Of a stretch of DNA of 64,000 nt, positions 27,120-55,894 are shown piece after piece (within the stretch, counting starts at the first letter, position 1; every line of letters starts with the position of its first letter). The stretch is from NCBI RefSeq assembly GCF_009914755.1, contig NC_060941.1. The stretch is one strand, 5' to 3'. The notes beneath the pieces are model-generated. The model saw only the letters and a program-made list of their open reading frames with translations, was not told the origin of the DNA and searched no databases. The position numbers and the translations under genes were made by a program. This stretch comes from the human T2T-CHM13v2.0 reference genome, Homo sapiens.

Positions 27120-28161
27120 TCACAGAAAAGATAGCACTGCTTAATTAACTCCCTGGGTGCTGTTAGACTCTGTGTAAATTGCTCCCCTTTGAGCTGTGTG
27201 CTCTTTGCATACGTACAGTTATGATGTGGCCCTCACGGGTTTTTATTATAATCATGTGTGGATCTTACATGTCTTAAAATTTTTGCATAGTTGCCATCAG
27301 TAAAGGATAGAAATTTGCAATATTGTTCCTGTTTAAATGGAAGATAAAATTGATTGACTGATTTTATTTTTACAACTTTTTTCGAGACATGGCCTCGCTC
27401 TGTCATGCAGGTCAGAGTGCAGTGGTGCAATCATAGCTCATTGTAACCTGACACTCCTGAACTCAAGCAGTCCTCCTGTCTCAGCCTCCTGAGTAGCTAG
27501 GTGCCACCGTGCCTGGCTAATTTTTAAAAATATTTTTAGAGGCGGGGCCTTGCTATGTTGCCCAGGCTGGTCTGGAACCCAAGCCATCCTCCCACCTCAG
27601 CCTCCAAAGTGCTGGGATTACAGACATGAGCCACAGTGCCTGGCGAAGACTTTTTGTTCATTTGCTTAACTATTCACAGCCCTCATGCATGAGATTTTTT
27701 TTTTTTATTTGGCATATAACCTAGCTGCCTGTAGATGGGTCTAAGTGTAAGTCTGTAGCCACCTACTTTGTACTTTGCAGATCTCTCCTTTTTGGAAAAA
27801 AGATTGGATTTAAAGTAGAAGTAGTGTAACAACAGTTTTCTGAGAACTTAACATATGGTGGACATTTGTCCTACATTTGTGCTCTATTAAATATCTTATG
27901 AAGGTTTTGTAGCAGCTCTGATTTACAGATGAATAAACTCAAGCTCTGATATTTTAAGCAGTTTGCCAAAAATTGTGTGGATGGTTTGGTTCTAGACCCT
28001 AATACTCTTTGTTATACTCAGTTTTAAGAGGAAGACAGTGATTCAGGACTTGTCTGGGCCAGTTATATCTGTTTATATATTCAATATTTTGTGTATACTC
28101 GCTGTTTTTCCTAACGTGAAAAATTTACCAAAATGCTAATTGTGACTTATATGGTATTTGA

Positions 28162-28284
<123 letters not shown>

Positions 28285-29094
28285 TAGAATTTTCTAACTC
28301 ATACTAAATAATTAGTTTGTACACAGGGATTCCTGATAAAGGAGGTTTGTGTATCTTAAGGGAATATCAGACTGTTTATTACAGACTTGCCATTTGATAT
28401 ACACCTGACAGAACAGTGTTAGTTCTTCGGGGACTCTTTTGTTTTCCCTGTTGTAAGCTAACAATCTTCTTAACCACAGGTTTTTCTTTACACCAAATAT
28501 ATATTGTACAAAAAAGAGGTTATGTCAGAGTTTTAACTCTTGTCTTTTGTTAGATCAGTGATTTGTTAATGACAGCCAGCTAAAAGTGCTTCATTTACAT
28601 TACTGTCCTTTCTGCCTACTGTTCTTCCGTGGCAGTTGTTTAGTTGAATATTGGAACCCATTGGGATAAATCTGTAAACATGATGGTTATAATGCCAAAT
28701 ATCTTTATATAATCAAAGAAAGAAAAAATGGCTTGGCTTTTTTTCCTCCCATTCTAAGGAATAGAAAGCCCAGTCTTGTTGCATCCTTCTTATCTTTTAA
28801 AATCTACAGATAATTCATTTTGTCTTTGGGAGCAAAATTCTCCCAAAGTGACAAGAAAAATTACAGAATCTTAAAGCTGTGAAAAATTCTTCCTTTCACT
28901 GCTTGTTCAGTCCTTTATTTTATGGAGGAAATAGTCTGTTCTTGGGCTAAGGTATTTTGGCTCATTTGTTACAAGTAAAGCTGACACTTGGGTTTATAGC
29001 AATGTATGTAGTTACTGAATGTATAGTACATTTTAGTGAATGATGGTTTATATGTGTATTGGAAAAACTGTATTTACTTTGGTTTCATTTTCAG

Positions 29095-29138
29095 GGAAAG
29101 GCACTCCTAGGGGACATAAAATTAGTGATTACTTTGAG
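29095..29138 (+). CDS. TLK2: TLK2 coding exon (probable exon 5), (G)KGTPRGHKISDYFE
   Basis: tttcattttcag|GG ... GAG|gtaagt; 44 nt, phase 1-0; KISDYFE is a motif conserved in Tousled kinases. Confidence 0.96.
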
Positions 29139-29217
29139 GTAAGTTACATTTTTTGAAAAAACAAACAAACAAAACAAAACAAAAAAACTCTATAGTGATT
29201 TTTTTTAAAAAACCCTA

Positions 29218-29391
<174 letters not shown>

Positions 29392-30196
29392 TTAGCCAGG
29401 TGTGGTGGCACACACTTATAGTCCTGGCTACTTGGGAGGCTGAGGTGGGAGGATCACTTGAGCCTGAGAAGTCGAGGCTGCAGTGAGCCATGATCTACTG
29501 CACTCCAGCCTGGGTGACAGTGAGACCCTGTCTCCAAAAAAAAGAAAGAAAGAAAGAAAGTAATGTTTTGCCTTTACTGTACTCTTCTTCCCTTTCTCCC
29601 CATCTTCATCAGTTAATGCTGCCCCATCTCTCAATAAGAGAAAACTGCTGCTGCCTTCCTAAATTTAAATTTATTATGTGTCTTGTCTGTGATGATATAA
29701 GAATTCACAAATGAGGTGATTTTTCTCTTGGCCAGACGAGGTTTTGTGTCTTACAAAGATTGAGGTGGAATGACTTGGACTCTTCTTTTGTCCTCCTCCC
29801 TTTAGTACAGTGGAACATGTAGTGAGTTCCCTGACCCATCGTTAGTGGTTACTAAAGACACTAACATCCACTGCACCACTGCATTTCTGCTTCGTGTATT
29901 TGGAGACAAGAAGGGAAAACATTCTTCTCTCATGTCCTTTCAAAATCATGTATACCTTCAGCTTTCTAGCCATGTTTTCTTTATATCTTGGTATATTTCT
30001 GCTGGAGCTCCTTCTTAAAAATCTCATTAAAAATTAGCAGAATTTGACTTGTGTGGCATTTTCTCTCTAGAGTAAGATGTGTTAACTTAAAGGGGCCATA
30101 TAATTAAGATCTGTTTGTGTATTAATCTTTTACTCTCCTTATCTGAAGCATAGTACTGTTTTGAATTATTCATATCGGTTTTTCCCTGTTGGCCAG

Positions 30197-30292
30197 TTTG
30201 CTGGGGGAAGCGCGCCAGGAACCAGCCCTGGCAGAAGTGTTCCACCAGTTGCACGATCCTCACCGCAACATTCCTTATCCAATCCCTTACCG
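30197..30292 (+). CDS. TLK2: TLK2 coding exon (probable exon 6), FAGGSAPGTSPGRSVPPVARSSPQHSLSNPLP; symmetric and skippable in frame
   Basis: ctgttggccag|TTT ... CCG|gtaagc; 96 nt, phase 0-0; lies within ORF 30161..30394. Confidence 0.95.
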
Positions 30293-30771
30293 GTAAGCAT
30301 TCACCTGGAGAAATTTGACACCTGTTGTAGGAGACAAGATGCCCAGAAACACTCAAGCAAAGTTTCTCTTTCATTAATTACCCACAGGGAATGAAGCATT
30401 AGGGAGAAAAGTTCATAGTTTTACCTATGAATCCCTTACTTTGATTCAAATCTGTTGTCAGTAAATTAGCTTTTTACAGAAGAGCCAATCCTAATATCTC
30501 TATATAATAAATTACCTCTAATCCTACAGCTCAGTAGTCTATCAAAGAATTGATTCCAATCGAAACATTAGGTTTTTTCCCTTGCCAAATTTGTATGTTC
30601 CTTTAGGGTTTATTTTTATTTTAAAATTTGACCAGCTTCTGGCATAATTGAGTTATCTCCAGAGCTTATTCAGTAATGTACTAGAAAAACTAATGCTATG
30701 CAGATTTGTGATAGGTATGTTTCCAGCCTGTAAAAGAGATCTGAAGGTCTTAAAAACATTATACCTAAGTT

Positions 30772-30993
30772 AATGGTTCTCAGTTGGTGGCAGTTTTGCC
30801 CCTCAGGAACATTTGTGAATAACTGGAGTCATTATTGGTTGTCACTGCTCGGAGGTATGGGGATGACACTATAGGCATCTACTGGGCAGAAGTCAGGGAT
30901 GCTGGTAAACATTCTGTAATGTTAGGACAGCCTCCCTGCAAAGAAGAATTACCTGGTCCAAAATATCAGTGGTGCCAAGGTTGAGAATTCCTG
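30772..30993 (+). mobile_element. MER20 (hAT-Charlie DNA transposon fossil)
   Basis: tggttctca...ttttgcccctcagg.acattt...ttggttgtcact...ggcatcta.tggg.aga..cagggatgctg.taaacatt...ccaaaatatcagtggtgccaaggttgagaa. Confidence 0.8.
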
Positions 30994-32089
30994 AGTAAGC
31001 TAACATAGGATTATGTTTATTTGCTCCAGTGTCTTCGCATTATTTGTTGATACTGTGTAAGACCTCTTACTCAAGAGTGTGCTCTATCCCCTAATACCTT
31101 AGGTATTGCCTCTGGGATCTTGGGAGACAGGGTCTCTGGGACAGAAGTTTTTATTTTAGATCACTGATTTTTAGGAAAGTTGTTTTTCTTTGCCTTGGTA
31201 GAGTTGTGTAATAGTACTCATTTCCTAAGCGATTTAGGCTTCTGTATTGTTAAAGTATTTTAAAATGTACTTTCTCCCCCTCTACTGTCTCATAAAAACC
31301 TTCATTAGGATTATTGTAATTATTAAAGCACTTATGAAAACATAAGTTAAACTTATGAAAACAACTAAGAAGTTTTGGCTATTACTGTGTCATCCTTGCC
31401 ATATATATGTAATTTTTTTTTTTTTTTTTGAGACAGTCTTGTTCTGTCACTCAGGCTAGAGTGCAGTGGTACGATCATGACTCACAGCAACCTCTGCCTC
31501 GTAGGCTCAAGTGATTCTCCCAAATCAACTTCCTGAGTAGCTCGTAGTACAGGCATGTACCACTACGCCCGGCTAATTTTTGTATTTTTTTGTAGAGGCG
31601 TGGTTTCACCATATTGCCCAGGCTGGTCTCAAACTCCTGAGATCATGTGGTCTGCCTGCCTCCACCTCCCAAAGTGTTGAGATTACAGGCATTAGCCATT
31701 GTGTCAGACCATCCTTGGCCATAGTTTAAAATGTTAGAAATGTTTGTTTGATCATAGATCCAATTTGGGCAGGTTGAGGTTTGTTAGTTAACTGTTGAAG
31801 AGGCCTGTGTCTCTGTTTTTCTTAAGTTTCAAACCAATTAAAGTCTAAAAGATATTAAATGAGATTGCAGATTATCTATTTGGGACAGATACGTTTTGTA
31901 GAATTTCTCGATGTTGTCTATCACTCTTTTCTTCCTGAAATGCCTTTTTCATTTGGTTTTTAATGGTGTGACCACCCATCTCTCATGTGTCAGTTTAGGT
32001 TGAATCTTACCTGAAGACAAAAGAGATGAACTCAATGATCTGTAGACATTTTTGCCAGCTATATGAATGTGGCTGAGCCTCATCATCAT

Positions 32090-33250
32090 GCAAATCTGAG
32101 TATAGATGAGGTGTTAAAATAGAAACCAAAGCTTAATCCTCCACCTTTTCCTTGCCTGCCTCTAGGCAACTCAGCATGGTTGGAGGAAAACACATACACC
32201 AAGGTGACTGACTGATCTGGTCATGAGCACTGGCCTCATGTATACCTCTCACTGCCTGCCAGTCCTACTGTATTTCTACTTAGTTCCCTTTCCTCCATGA
32301 ATATGTCCTATTTTTGTCATCTCCTGCAAACCTCCAGCAATTCTTCTGCTAACTGATGGCCTTCCTTTTTTATGTTACTGAGAAAATAGAAACAATCAGA
32401 AGAGCATTTCCACATGCTCCTACTGCAGATTTGCCAAGCTCCTTGCATCAGTACCCACATCCATCTGCCTTTGAGATGAATGAACTTGCTAGCCCTTCAC
32501 ATGGGGTCTGGTCTCCCCAATAATTATGTATCCAGCTGTCTACTTGACATTTCCACTTGTACTGCTTGAGCATGTCCAAAAAGGAACTCTTGCTTTCCCT
32601 TCCCTACCATAACAATAACATTGAACTGCTCTTCCTGTAATCTGCCTTGTCCTGGTATAAATGACAGGTTACACCATCTGGTTTTTCAGGTCACAGCCTC
32701 ATGCCCCAAATGTAATCCATCAGAAAATCCTGTTTTTCCTTTAAAATATATTAGAATATGACCACTTTTCTATTTTTCCAGTTCACTGCATTAGCTTTCA
32801 AAGTAGTCTCCTTGTTTTTGCCCTTGTTTCACCTAGTCTTAATGTAATAGCCCGAGTAATTGTTAAAATGTTCAGACACATCCCAGCACTCGTCTGCTCA
32901 ACACTTCCTAGACTGAAGTCTTTATGTGACCTAAAAGCTCCTGCGTGATCTGTGCTTCCCATCGTCCACCTGATTCTGACATCTGCAGCCATTCTCCCTC
33001 TCCTTCATGCCACTGCAGCCACACTGGCCTCCTTGAGCTCTGTGAAAAACGCTTTTGCTATAGGGTCTTTGTACTTGTTATTCCCTCTTCCAGGAACATT
33101 CTTTTCTCAGATACCAGCAATCTCTTCATCAGGTTGTTGCTCAAAAATGACCTTAGCTAAGCGGTCTCCCTTAGCCAACTTCTCTAAAATAGCAGTCCCT
33201 CATACCTTGTCAATTTGTTCCTAACTGTACTTTATTTTAATTCTAAGTTA
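32090..33250 (+). mobile_element. L2 remnant
   Basis: tatccagctgtctacttgacatttccacttg, gcagccacactggcctccttg, cttgttattccctcttccaggaac motifs. Confidence 0.65.
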
Positions 33251-33690
33251 TTGGCACTTGACACACCCATGTACATACATTTTAATATATATTTAAATTT
33301 TTTTGTTGATTCATATTTATACGTACAGAAGAGTACACATTGTAAGTCTACAGTTCGCATGAATTTTCACAAACTCTACAAGCACAAGAAATATTACCAG
33401 TGCTGCAGAAGTCCCCCTGAGTTCCCTTTCAGTTACTAACCCCCTCCCTGCCGCTGTGGCTAGCCACTAGCCTGACCTCTAACAACATAGATGAATTTTT
33501 TTTTGTATCTTGTGTAAAAGACATTCAGTGTATACTCTTGTGTCTAGCTCCTTTTGTTGCACGTTACTTTTGTGAGGTTTATCCATTTCATTGTGTATTT
33601 TATAGGTCATTTATTTTCATTGGTGTGTTATAAGTTTAATTTTCATTTAATAATTTATATATTTTAATTTTGTACTATATAATTAGTTAA

Positions 33691-33984
<294 letters not shown>

Positions 33985-34272
33985 TGAGTCACCGTGCCCA
34001 GCCTAGAATGTTAATCTCATAAGAATGGGGATTTTGCTTTGCTTTGTTTACTGCTGTCTCTTGTTACATAAAGGTGTAATTTTTAAACTAATTTCCCCCA
34101 CTTGACATGTAAGCAATAATGTCTTATTTCATTTTCAGTCTCCAGCATCCAAAACAGTGCTTGGGACACAATAGGTGTTCAAAATTGTGCTGACAGGGAA
34201 GAATAGATGGATAAAAAATTATTTTCACCTTTTTCCCTATAAAAGATTATTTTGTATTTGTGTTAAATATAA

Positions 34273-34792
<520 letters not shown>

Positions 34793-34879
34793 CTCAGAAA
34801 ATCACTATAAAGTTAACTCTATGTAATTGTTACATAGGAAGGTAGACTATTTCCAGCAGCTGGAAACCTACATGCTGTT

Positions 34880-41390
<6,511 letters not shown>

Positions 41391-42051
41391 GTACAGCAAG
41401 AACAGAATTGAGAGTGAAATAAGCTTCACCTATAAAGTCACGTGACAGGCCAGGCACGGTGGCTCATGCCTGTAATCCCAGCACTTTGGGAGGCTGAGGC
41501 GGGCAGATCACCTGAGGTCAGGAGTTCGAGACCAGCCTGGCCAACATGGTGAAACCCCGTCTCTACTAAAAATACAAAAAAATTAGCCAGGCGTGGTGGC
41601 AGGCACCTGTAATCCCAGCTACTTGGGAGGCTGAGACAGGAGAATCGCTTGAACCCAGGAGACAGAGGTTGCATGCAGTGAGAGCAGAGACTCTCCATTG
41701 CACTCCAGCCTGGGCAACAAGAATGAAACTCCATCTCAAAAAAAAAAGAAAAAAGAAAAAAGAAAAAAAAGTCATGGGACAATGTCTTAATTTTCATTTA
41801 CCTACAGGATAGAAATAATATTTCCTGTGTAGGGTTGAGGGCATTATGAAGTTGATTTGTAGAATTCTACAAAGTAACATGTAAATTCAGACTCTCATAA
41901 ATATAGAACCATTAAAATATAATGTCAAAGAATTTGAGTAAGATAGTCACATTTTTAGATAGGTTATAATACAATGATAATGTTGGTATGCTCTCCATAA
42001 TTATTTTTAGAGAGGCCTTTTTAAATAAACCATTCATCTTATATTTGATAA

Positions 42052-42387
<336 letters not shown>

Positions 42388-43320
42388 TAGGGACATTTCT
42401 AATACTTTTTTTTAAAATGTGATCTCCCCTTATCATCATTCCCAAACATGTCTAATTCTACATCACTTCTAAATATATTGTGTTTTTCCCAGTCTCCCTT
42501 GGTTCAAGCTCCTGAGGGAGACTGCTTTGTCAAAGCCTGAACCCACAATGGGAAGGAAGGAAAGCATAATCTTAGATTGACAAAGAAGAAAATACAGATC
42601 AAATTCCATTAGTAACCAAGATATAATTAAAAATAGAGTCTCCGAGTTCCAGCCATCATCTATGTAAGTTAATACTCAAGTCAGTACAGTTTTAGTATGT
42701 AGGCAGGCATTCTCACAGCAAGTTACTGGTCATTTACCCCGTGTAGTATTTGGGCTATGTACACACTTGCTTTCTCACCCCTTCAGAGTGTTGGTACACT
42801 TAACCTTTCTCAGGAATATTTGGCTACCTGTTCGCTCCTTTCAGCTTACTTCTTTCTCTATCTTTGAAGAACAAGAATTTGAGTATTATGAAAGTTTGAC
42901 CTCATTTCATAAGGCGCTATGAGTGCAATTTGAACCAAATGTTACTTTTCCTGGTTTTTGGGCCCTGCCAGGTCACCTGTTTGTTGCCAAGGGTGCCAGA
43001 GTAACAGAAAGCCCCGTCGCCGTATTCCTATTCCACTTTCAGGGGCATCTTTCAGAACTAAGTCACCACTCATCCAGATTTTGTCCCTCTTACTGGTTCA
43101 TTTTGTCCAGTTATAATTTAAGTTTCCTGTTTATTTATCCTGTGGTGTCTATAAGTCTCCAATCCACACTCCACCAACTGTGTTCAAAAAGGTGCTGAAA
43201 ATGGTGGTTGTCTTAAGGAAAGGAAATAGAAATAATAAAACAGTTAACCAGATAGGAAACTATTGTGCATGATATGGAATGTTTTCTTATAGTTATGATA
43301 GCTTTACCTTAAGAAAGAGA

Positions 43321-43745
43321 TACAACGCTCCTTGAATAACGTCATTTCATTCAACATGGTTTCGTGATAGTGTTAATTAGACACTGTGAGCTGACGCCAC
43401 TGTCTGTGTGGAGTTTGCGTGTTTTCTCCATGTCTGTGTGGGTTTTCTTAGGGCACTCTGGTTTCCTCCTGTATCCCAGAGATGTGTGCATTAGGTTCAC
43501 TGGTGTGTCTACGGAGTCCCAGTCTGAGTGAGTGTAGGTGTGTGTGTGCAACAGAATGGCTTCCTGTCCAGGTCTGGTTTCTGCTTGCACCCTGAGCTGC
43601 CTGGGATAGGCTCTGGCTTTTCACCACTCTGTACTGGAATAAACAGATAAATCATTATCTTACTTGTTTTTATTAATCTTACTTAAATGTATGTAGAGCT
43701 CACTTTTATTTCAGTGTTTAATGTTAGAAGTGTTTTGATCTTTAA
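43321..43745 (+). mobile_element. MER6-type TcMar-Tigger fossil carrying a V-SINE-like core
   Basis: ctgtgtggagtttgcgtgttttctccatgtctgtgtgggttttcttagggcactctggtttcctcc core; gaataacgtcatttc near the 5' end. Confidence 0.8.
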
Positions 43746-43989
43746 TCATCAAAGGAATGGGGAAACTTCTTGTGTGAAGACAGTATATCCTATCCCCAGG
43801 TAACAAAGGAAATATACATACTTTAAAAATGGGAGAATTGACCTATATAATATTGTGAGAGGGACTGACAGCAGTATGGAATAGTTCCTTTGAGAATGCA
43901 GTATGCTATAGTATTGTTCTAAAGAATGTATGTGTGTCATTCACACATTTCGAGATTGTTAATGTTTATCATACACTTACTTTTGTTAA

Positions 43990-44181
<192 letters not shown>

Positions 44182-45229
44182 TAGAGATGGGGTTTCACCA
44201 TGTTAGCCAGGATGGTCTCGATCTCCTGACCTCGTGATCCGCCCGCCTCAGCCTCCCAAAGTGCTGGGATTACAGGCATGAGCCACCGCGCCTGGCCTTT
44301 GTTAAATCTTTATCTTGGATCTTACTTTTCCAGAAAAAACCTTGGATAATTAGGGAGTTATTTGTCTTTTGGTCATTTTTAAGGCATTAAAATGACCTCT
44401 TTTTCACTTGAGAGGAATTCTGTTTGTTTACTCCACAAATACGTACTGAGTGCCCACTGTGTAATGAGCATAGTTAAATACACAAGATTTGGTCAGCAAG
44501 AACTTGTTCCCCTTTCCATCTTCTGTAAAAAGTATGGTATGTAGGCTTGTGGTGGATGCACGTGAAGGACCACCTACTTAGTCCTATCAGCTGACGCACT
44601 CCGTTATCAGAGGAGTAGCAGATGCTATAGCCGTGTTGTTCTCATGTGGAAAGAGGTGGCAGAGACTAGTAACAAAATGATCATGTATGAAGAAGGAACA
44701 TGGAAACAGTATGAAAACCAAAAGTCTAAATGCTCTGGTACAGTTTTGTTTCTCTTTGCTTCTCAGCAGTACCAGCCAGCATATAAGCTTAGTAGTATAA
44801 GGAAAGAAAATAGTAAAAGGGTTAGTATTAATATACAAGTGTAAATCAGCAAAGGAAAGCAGATTCTTAGAAAAGTAGGCAAAGACTGTTTTTGAAAAGA
44901 AGGCAAGTGGCTAATAACATGAAATAATGCTCAATTTTGGCCATAGAGAAGTGCAAAATAAAACAAGATAACATTTTTGACCTAGCAAATTGGCAAGGAT
45001 TAATAAGTTTGATAGTTCTTGGTGTAGGTGATAGTTTAGAGATATATTCAGTTTTATTCTGTCTATAAATTGTTGAAGTCATGTGGACAACTTGGTAATG
45101 TATCTCAATGTTAAGTTTACATATCCTTGGGTCCAGAAATTCCATTCCCATAAAATTACACAAAGATATTTATTGAGGTATTGTTTATTGTTGCAAAAAA
45201 TCTGGAAGCAGTTTCCCTTCCAGTATTTC

Positions 45230-47365
<2,136 letters not shown>

Positions 47366-47594
47366 GTAAAAGCATTCTTTATAGAAGGACTGGTTAAATG
47401 AATCGTAATATATTTGTACAGTGGAATGCTATACAGCTGGCAAAAGAAGTGAGGTAGCTGTATATACACCAATGAAAGATTTCTAAATATGTGTTGATAA
47501 AAATAGCAGGTGGCAGAATATTAAGAATTTGATCTTTTAAATGTTTAAAATTATTACATAATTCTATGTTTTAACATAGGAAATTTGAGGTTTT

Positions 47595-47757
47595 ATTTTT
47601 AAGAGAGAGGTCTCGCTATGTTGCCCAGGCTGGGGTACGGTGGCTATTTACAGGTGCAATCATAGCATTATAGCATACTATAGCCTTGGAACTTCTGGGT
47701 TCAAGCAATTCTCTTGCCTCAGTTTCCAGAGTAGCTGCAACTAGAGATTGCACCACA
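47595..47757 (-). mobile_element. FAM-like fossil Alu monomer
   Basis: Retains the 7SL-like tggctatttacaggtgcaatcatagc segment that dimeric Alu arms lack. Confidence 0.65.
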
Positions 47758-49189
47758 GTAGCTGCAGCTAGAGATTGCACCACTGCACTCCAGCCTGGGT
47801 GACAAAGTGAGACTCAGTCTCAAAGAAAAAAAAAAATTAGTATTTGGACTCACAGTCTAGTGCTCATTCTGTACCACCACACTAGCTCCCAGTATGAAGA
47901 CTATCTGTTTGTACAAAGACAATATATATCAGGCTAGAGAATAAGATATCTGAGCTGACCTCTCACTTTTAACTTTATGGCATTACAACATACATAAAGA
48001 TCCAGTAAGAAGGGAGATGTAGAGGGATTAGAAAAAGGTCATTTCCTCTTCTATTGGTGAGAATGTTGTCAGGGAAAATCATAAGCAAATAGTTTCCTAA
48101 ATTATGAAAATAGAACATGCACATGACCCGCAAGAAATTGAGGAGATGGAGAAGCGTAAAATTCTTCCCTTGGATTTCTCAGAGAGATAACTACTGTTAA
48201 CAGTTTGTGTTTTGGATTTTCTAAGGATTACCATTTTAATGTCAAATAATGTGTTCCTTATTTAATCTTATTTATTTATTGGTGGAGACAGGGTCCCACT
48301 GTGTTGCCTAGGCTGGTCTTGAACCATCCTCCTACCTTGGCCTCTCAAAGTGTGGGGATTAGAGGCTTGAGCCACTGTACCTGGCCTTATTTAATCAACT
48401 TTAAGTAAGATCTGTTTACTCCTCGTTATGAAAGACAAATTTAACATAACTTTCACCCAGTCTTTCTTTCTTTTTCAGTTGTTTAGTTATTGTTACAGTA
48501 TGAGTGTTTGATATTTAGTTTGTTATTTTAACTACAATTGAGTCTTTTCTGCTTTGTAAATTATTCTAAGACTTGAAAAGAAGGAACATTTACAATATTA
48601 TGATTGTTTCATTGTTTGGCATTGCAAAACCAAATGATTTTATTGGACTCACTGAAAAGAAGAGAGACATTGAATTAGTTTAGATTGAAACAGTTCTGGT
48701 TGTCAAGGTCTACTGGATCTTTTTTTCCCTTAATGGCAAGTCTGTTGTTTCCTTAAAACTTGTGTCTTTTAACATTATGCAGATGTTCTTCAAAACTTGA
48801 TTTTTTAAAAAGGTAGTTTGCTTTTTTTATGCCAAAGTATTTTAAAATACAATTCAGAAATCTTGACCTCCTATCTCTAAATAGTTAAATAGGCATTTTT
48901 AAAAAACATGTTAACATTTTGCTAGATAGCGAAATTAGCATTATAACATGTCTATTAGCATCTATAAAATAGAACTTTCTTATCATCTGTGCCTGTTGCT
49001 CTACACTGACATACATTTCTAGAAAGACAGGCTAAATGCTTAGTTCTTTCCTTTTAATTACTAATGAGGCTTTTAAATTTTTTTTTAACTTTTAAAGTAG
49101 GGAGTTGTTTGATAGCTGTGACAAATAGCTTTCTCTTTGATTATCATGGCTTCATGGATTTTCATGGGTGTACATCAGTAAATAGAATC

Positions 49190-51700
<2,511 letters not shown>

Positions 51701-51988
51701 ACAGGGTCTCATTTTGTCACCCAGGCTGTTGGAGTGCAGTGGCCTAATTGTGGCTCACTACAGCCTCAACTGCTTGGGCTCAAGCCATCCTCCCACCTCA
51801 GCCTCCCCAAATAGCTGGGACTACAGGTGTGTGCCACCACGCCCGGCTGATTTTTTGTTTGTTTGTTTGTTTGTTTGTTGAGCAAAGTCTTCCTTTGCCA
51901 CTGAGGCTGGAGTGCAGTGGCATGGATGTCAGTTCAGTGCAACCTCTGCTTCCCAGATTCAAGCAATTCTCCTGCCTCAGCCTTCTGA

Positions 51989-52162
<174 letters not shown>

Positions 52163-52323
52163 TAATTTCTTTTGTAGAGACAGGGTTTTGCTATGTTGGC
52201 CAGGGTGGTCTGGAACTCCTGAGCTCAAGCTATCAGCTCGCTTTGGCTTCCCAAAGTACTGCGATTATAGGCGTGAGCCACTGCACCCGGCTGAGAAAGT
52301 TCCCTATTTTGAGTTTGTTGATT

Positions 52324-52360
<37 letters not shown>

Positions 52361-52453
52361 TAATGAAAAGGGTTTTTTATTTCAGAGAAATTTTGTTTTA
52401 CTGTTTCTTTGATTATTTCATTTCCTCTGTTCTTTTCTCTAGAAAGCCATTAG

Positions 52454-52793
<340 letters not shown>

Positions 52794-53774
52794 TGATCCA
52801 CCTGTCTCGGCCTCCCAAAGTGCTGGGATTACAGGCATGAGACACCGCACCCGGCCTCTTCTGGGAGATTTTCTTGACATTGTCTTTTAGGTTACTGGCT
52901 GTGTATTCAGCTGTGTCCATTTTGATATTTAACCCACCTATTAAATTTTTAAACTTTGATAATCTTATTTTGTCAATTTGATTATTCATGTTCTTTACTT
53001 TTTTAATTTTTGTAGCTACAGTATCCTTTTGATCCTCTCTGAACCTATTTTATTTTTTTCATCTTAAGAACCTTTAATACAGTTATCTAAATGCAGAGTT
53101 TCAGTTTATGAAATGAACCAAAGCAGTTTGTCATTTCATACTATAAACTATTGAAAATCAAGTGCTAAACTGATACTTTACTTTTAAAGTTGTTTATTGA
53201 ATTATCTTTTAACTCTTATGATTAGGTATTGTTTTTTCGTCTTGGATTTTTCCTTTTGTGCTGTTGGGGTTGTCTTGAAAATGTATTTAGCTTAGTGGAA
53301 TGAGGGATTAGAGTGATTAGGTGTTGGCATGGATTTTTTTTTTTTTTCTTTTTGGTAACATAGTCTCTTTGTTTTCCAGTTTGGCATTTCTAGATTTTAA
53401 CACAGGACCAGGCACAGAGGGTCACATTTAATGTTGAATGAATGATCAGTTACAGCATTTTTTTCTCTAACGGATCTGAGCATTGTCACATGAGATCCCT
53501 ATATTGTGTAGTACCTTTTACCTTTTGAAAACATTGTTTTCATTTTCATGAGGATTTTCTGCTTCCCAACTGAGGAATTTCCTAACTGCCAACGTCCTCA
53601 GTTAACTTTTGCATTTTTACTTATCAATGAGCTATTTATATGTGTATTTTTACAGAAAGCTTTAATTTGGAAACATCTAACACCCTTAGTTTGCTGGAAG
53701 ACAACTTAGAGTCAGAAATAAGCATATTTAAACCCATATACCATATATCAAGAAATCTGTAAAGGGCCTTTGGA

Positions 53775-54504
<730 letters not shown>

Positions 54505-54772
54505 TGAACTCCTGACCTCATGATCTGCCTGTCTTGGCCTCCCAAAGTGACAGGATTACAGGCATGAGCCACTGCACCCGGCCCTATGTGAGCTTTAATT
54601 TAGAAATATCTCACTACATCACTTTCTAACACCCTCAGTTTGCTGGAAGAAAACTTAGAATCAGATATAAGCATATTTAAACCAATATACCATATATCTA
54701 GAAATCTGTAGAAGTGTCTTTTAATCATTTGATTCTTTTTTTTATTTTTTATTTTTTGAGACAGAGTCTTGA

Positions 54773-54922
<150 letters not shown>

Positions 54923-55208
54923 TAGTAGAGACAGGGTTTCACCATGTTGGCCAGGCTGGTCTTGAACTCCTGACCTCATGATCCACCCACCTCAGCCTCC
55001 CAAAGTGCTGGGATTACAGGTGTGAGCCACTGCACCCAGTCTAATCATTTGATTCTTATTGGCTCTTATTATAAATATAGTTCAGACAGTCATTTGTATA
55101 GAAACACATTGTAGGGCCGGGCGCGGTGGCTCACACCTGTAATCCCAGCACTTTGGGAGGCCGAGGTGGGGGGATCATGAGGTCAGGAGATCGAAACCAT
55201 CCTGGCTA

Positions 55209-55463
<255 letters not shown>

Positions 55464-55546
55464 TCAAATGATAACTGAAGGAAATCTTCAGTTATACAAA
55501 TGCTTGTATCCTAGTGCATTATAATACTTGAGGTTCATAATGATGA

Positions 55547-55894
<348 letters not shown>

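Noticed and set aside
44590-44740. Purine-rich ORF MWKEVAETSNKMIMYEEGTWKQYENQK as a possible cryptic exon
   Set aside because: Weak splice sites and no recognisable homology; cannot be supported from sequence alone
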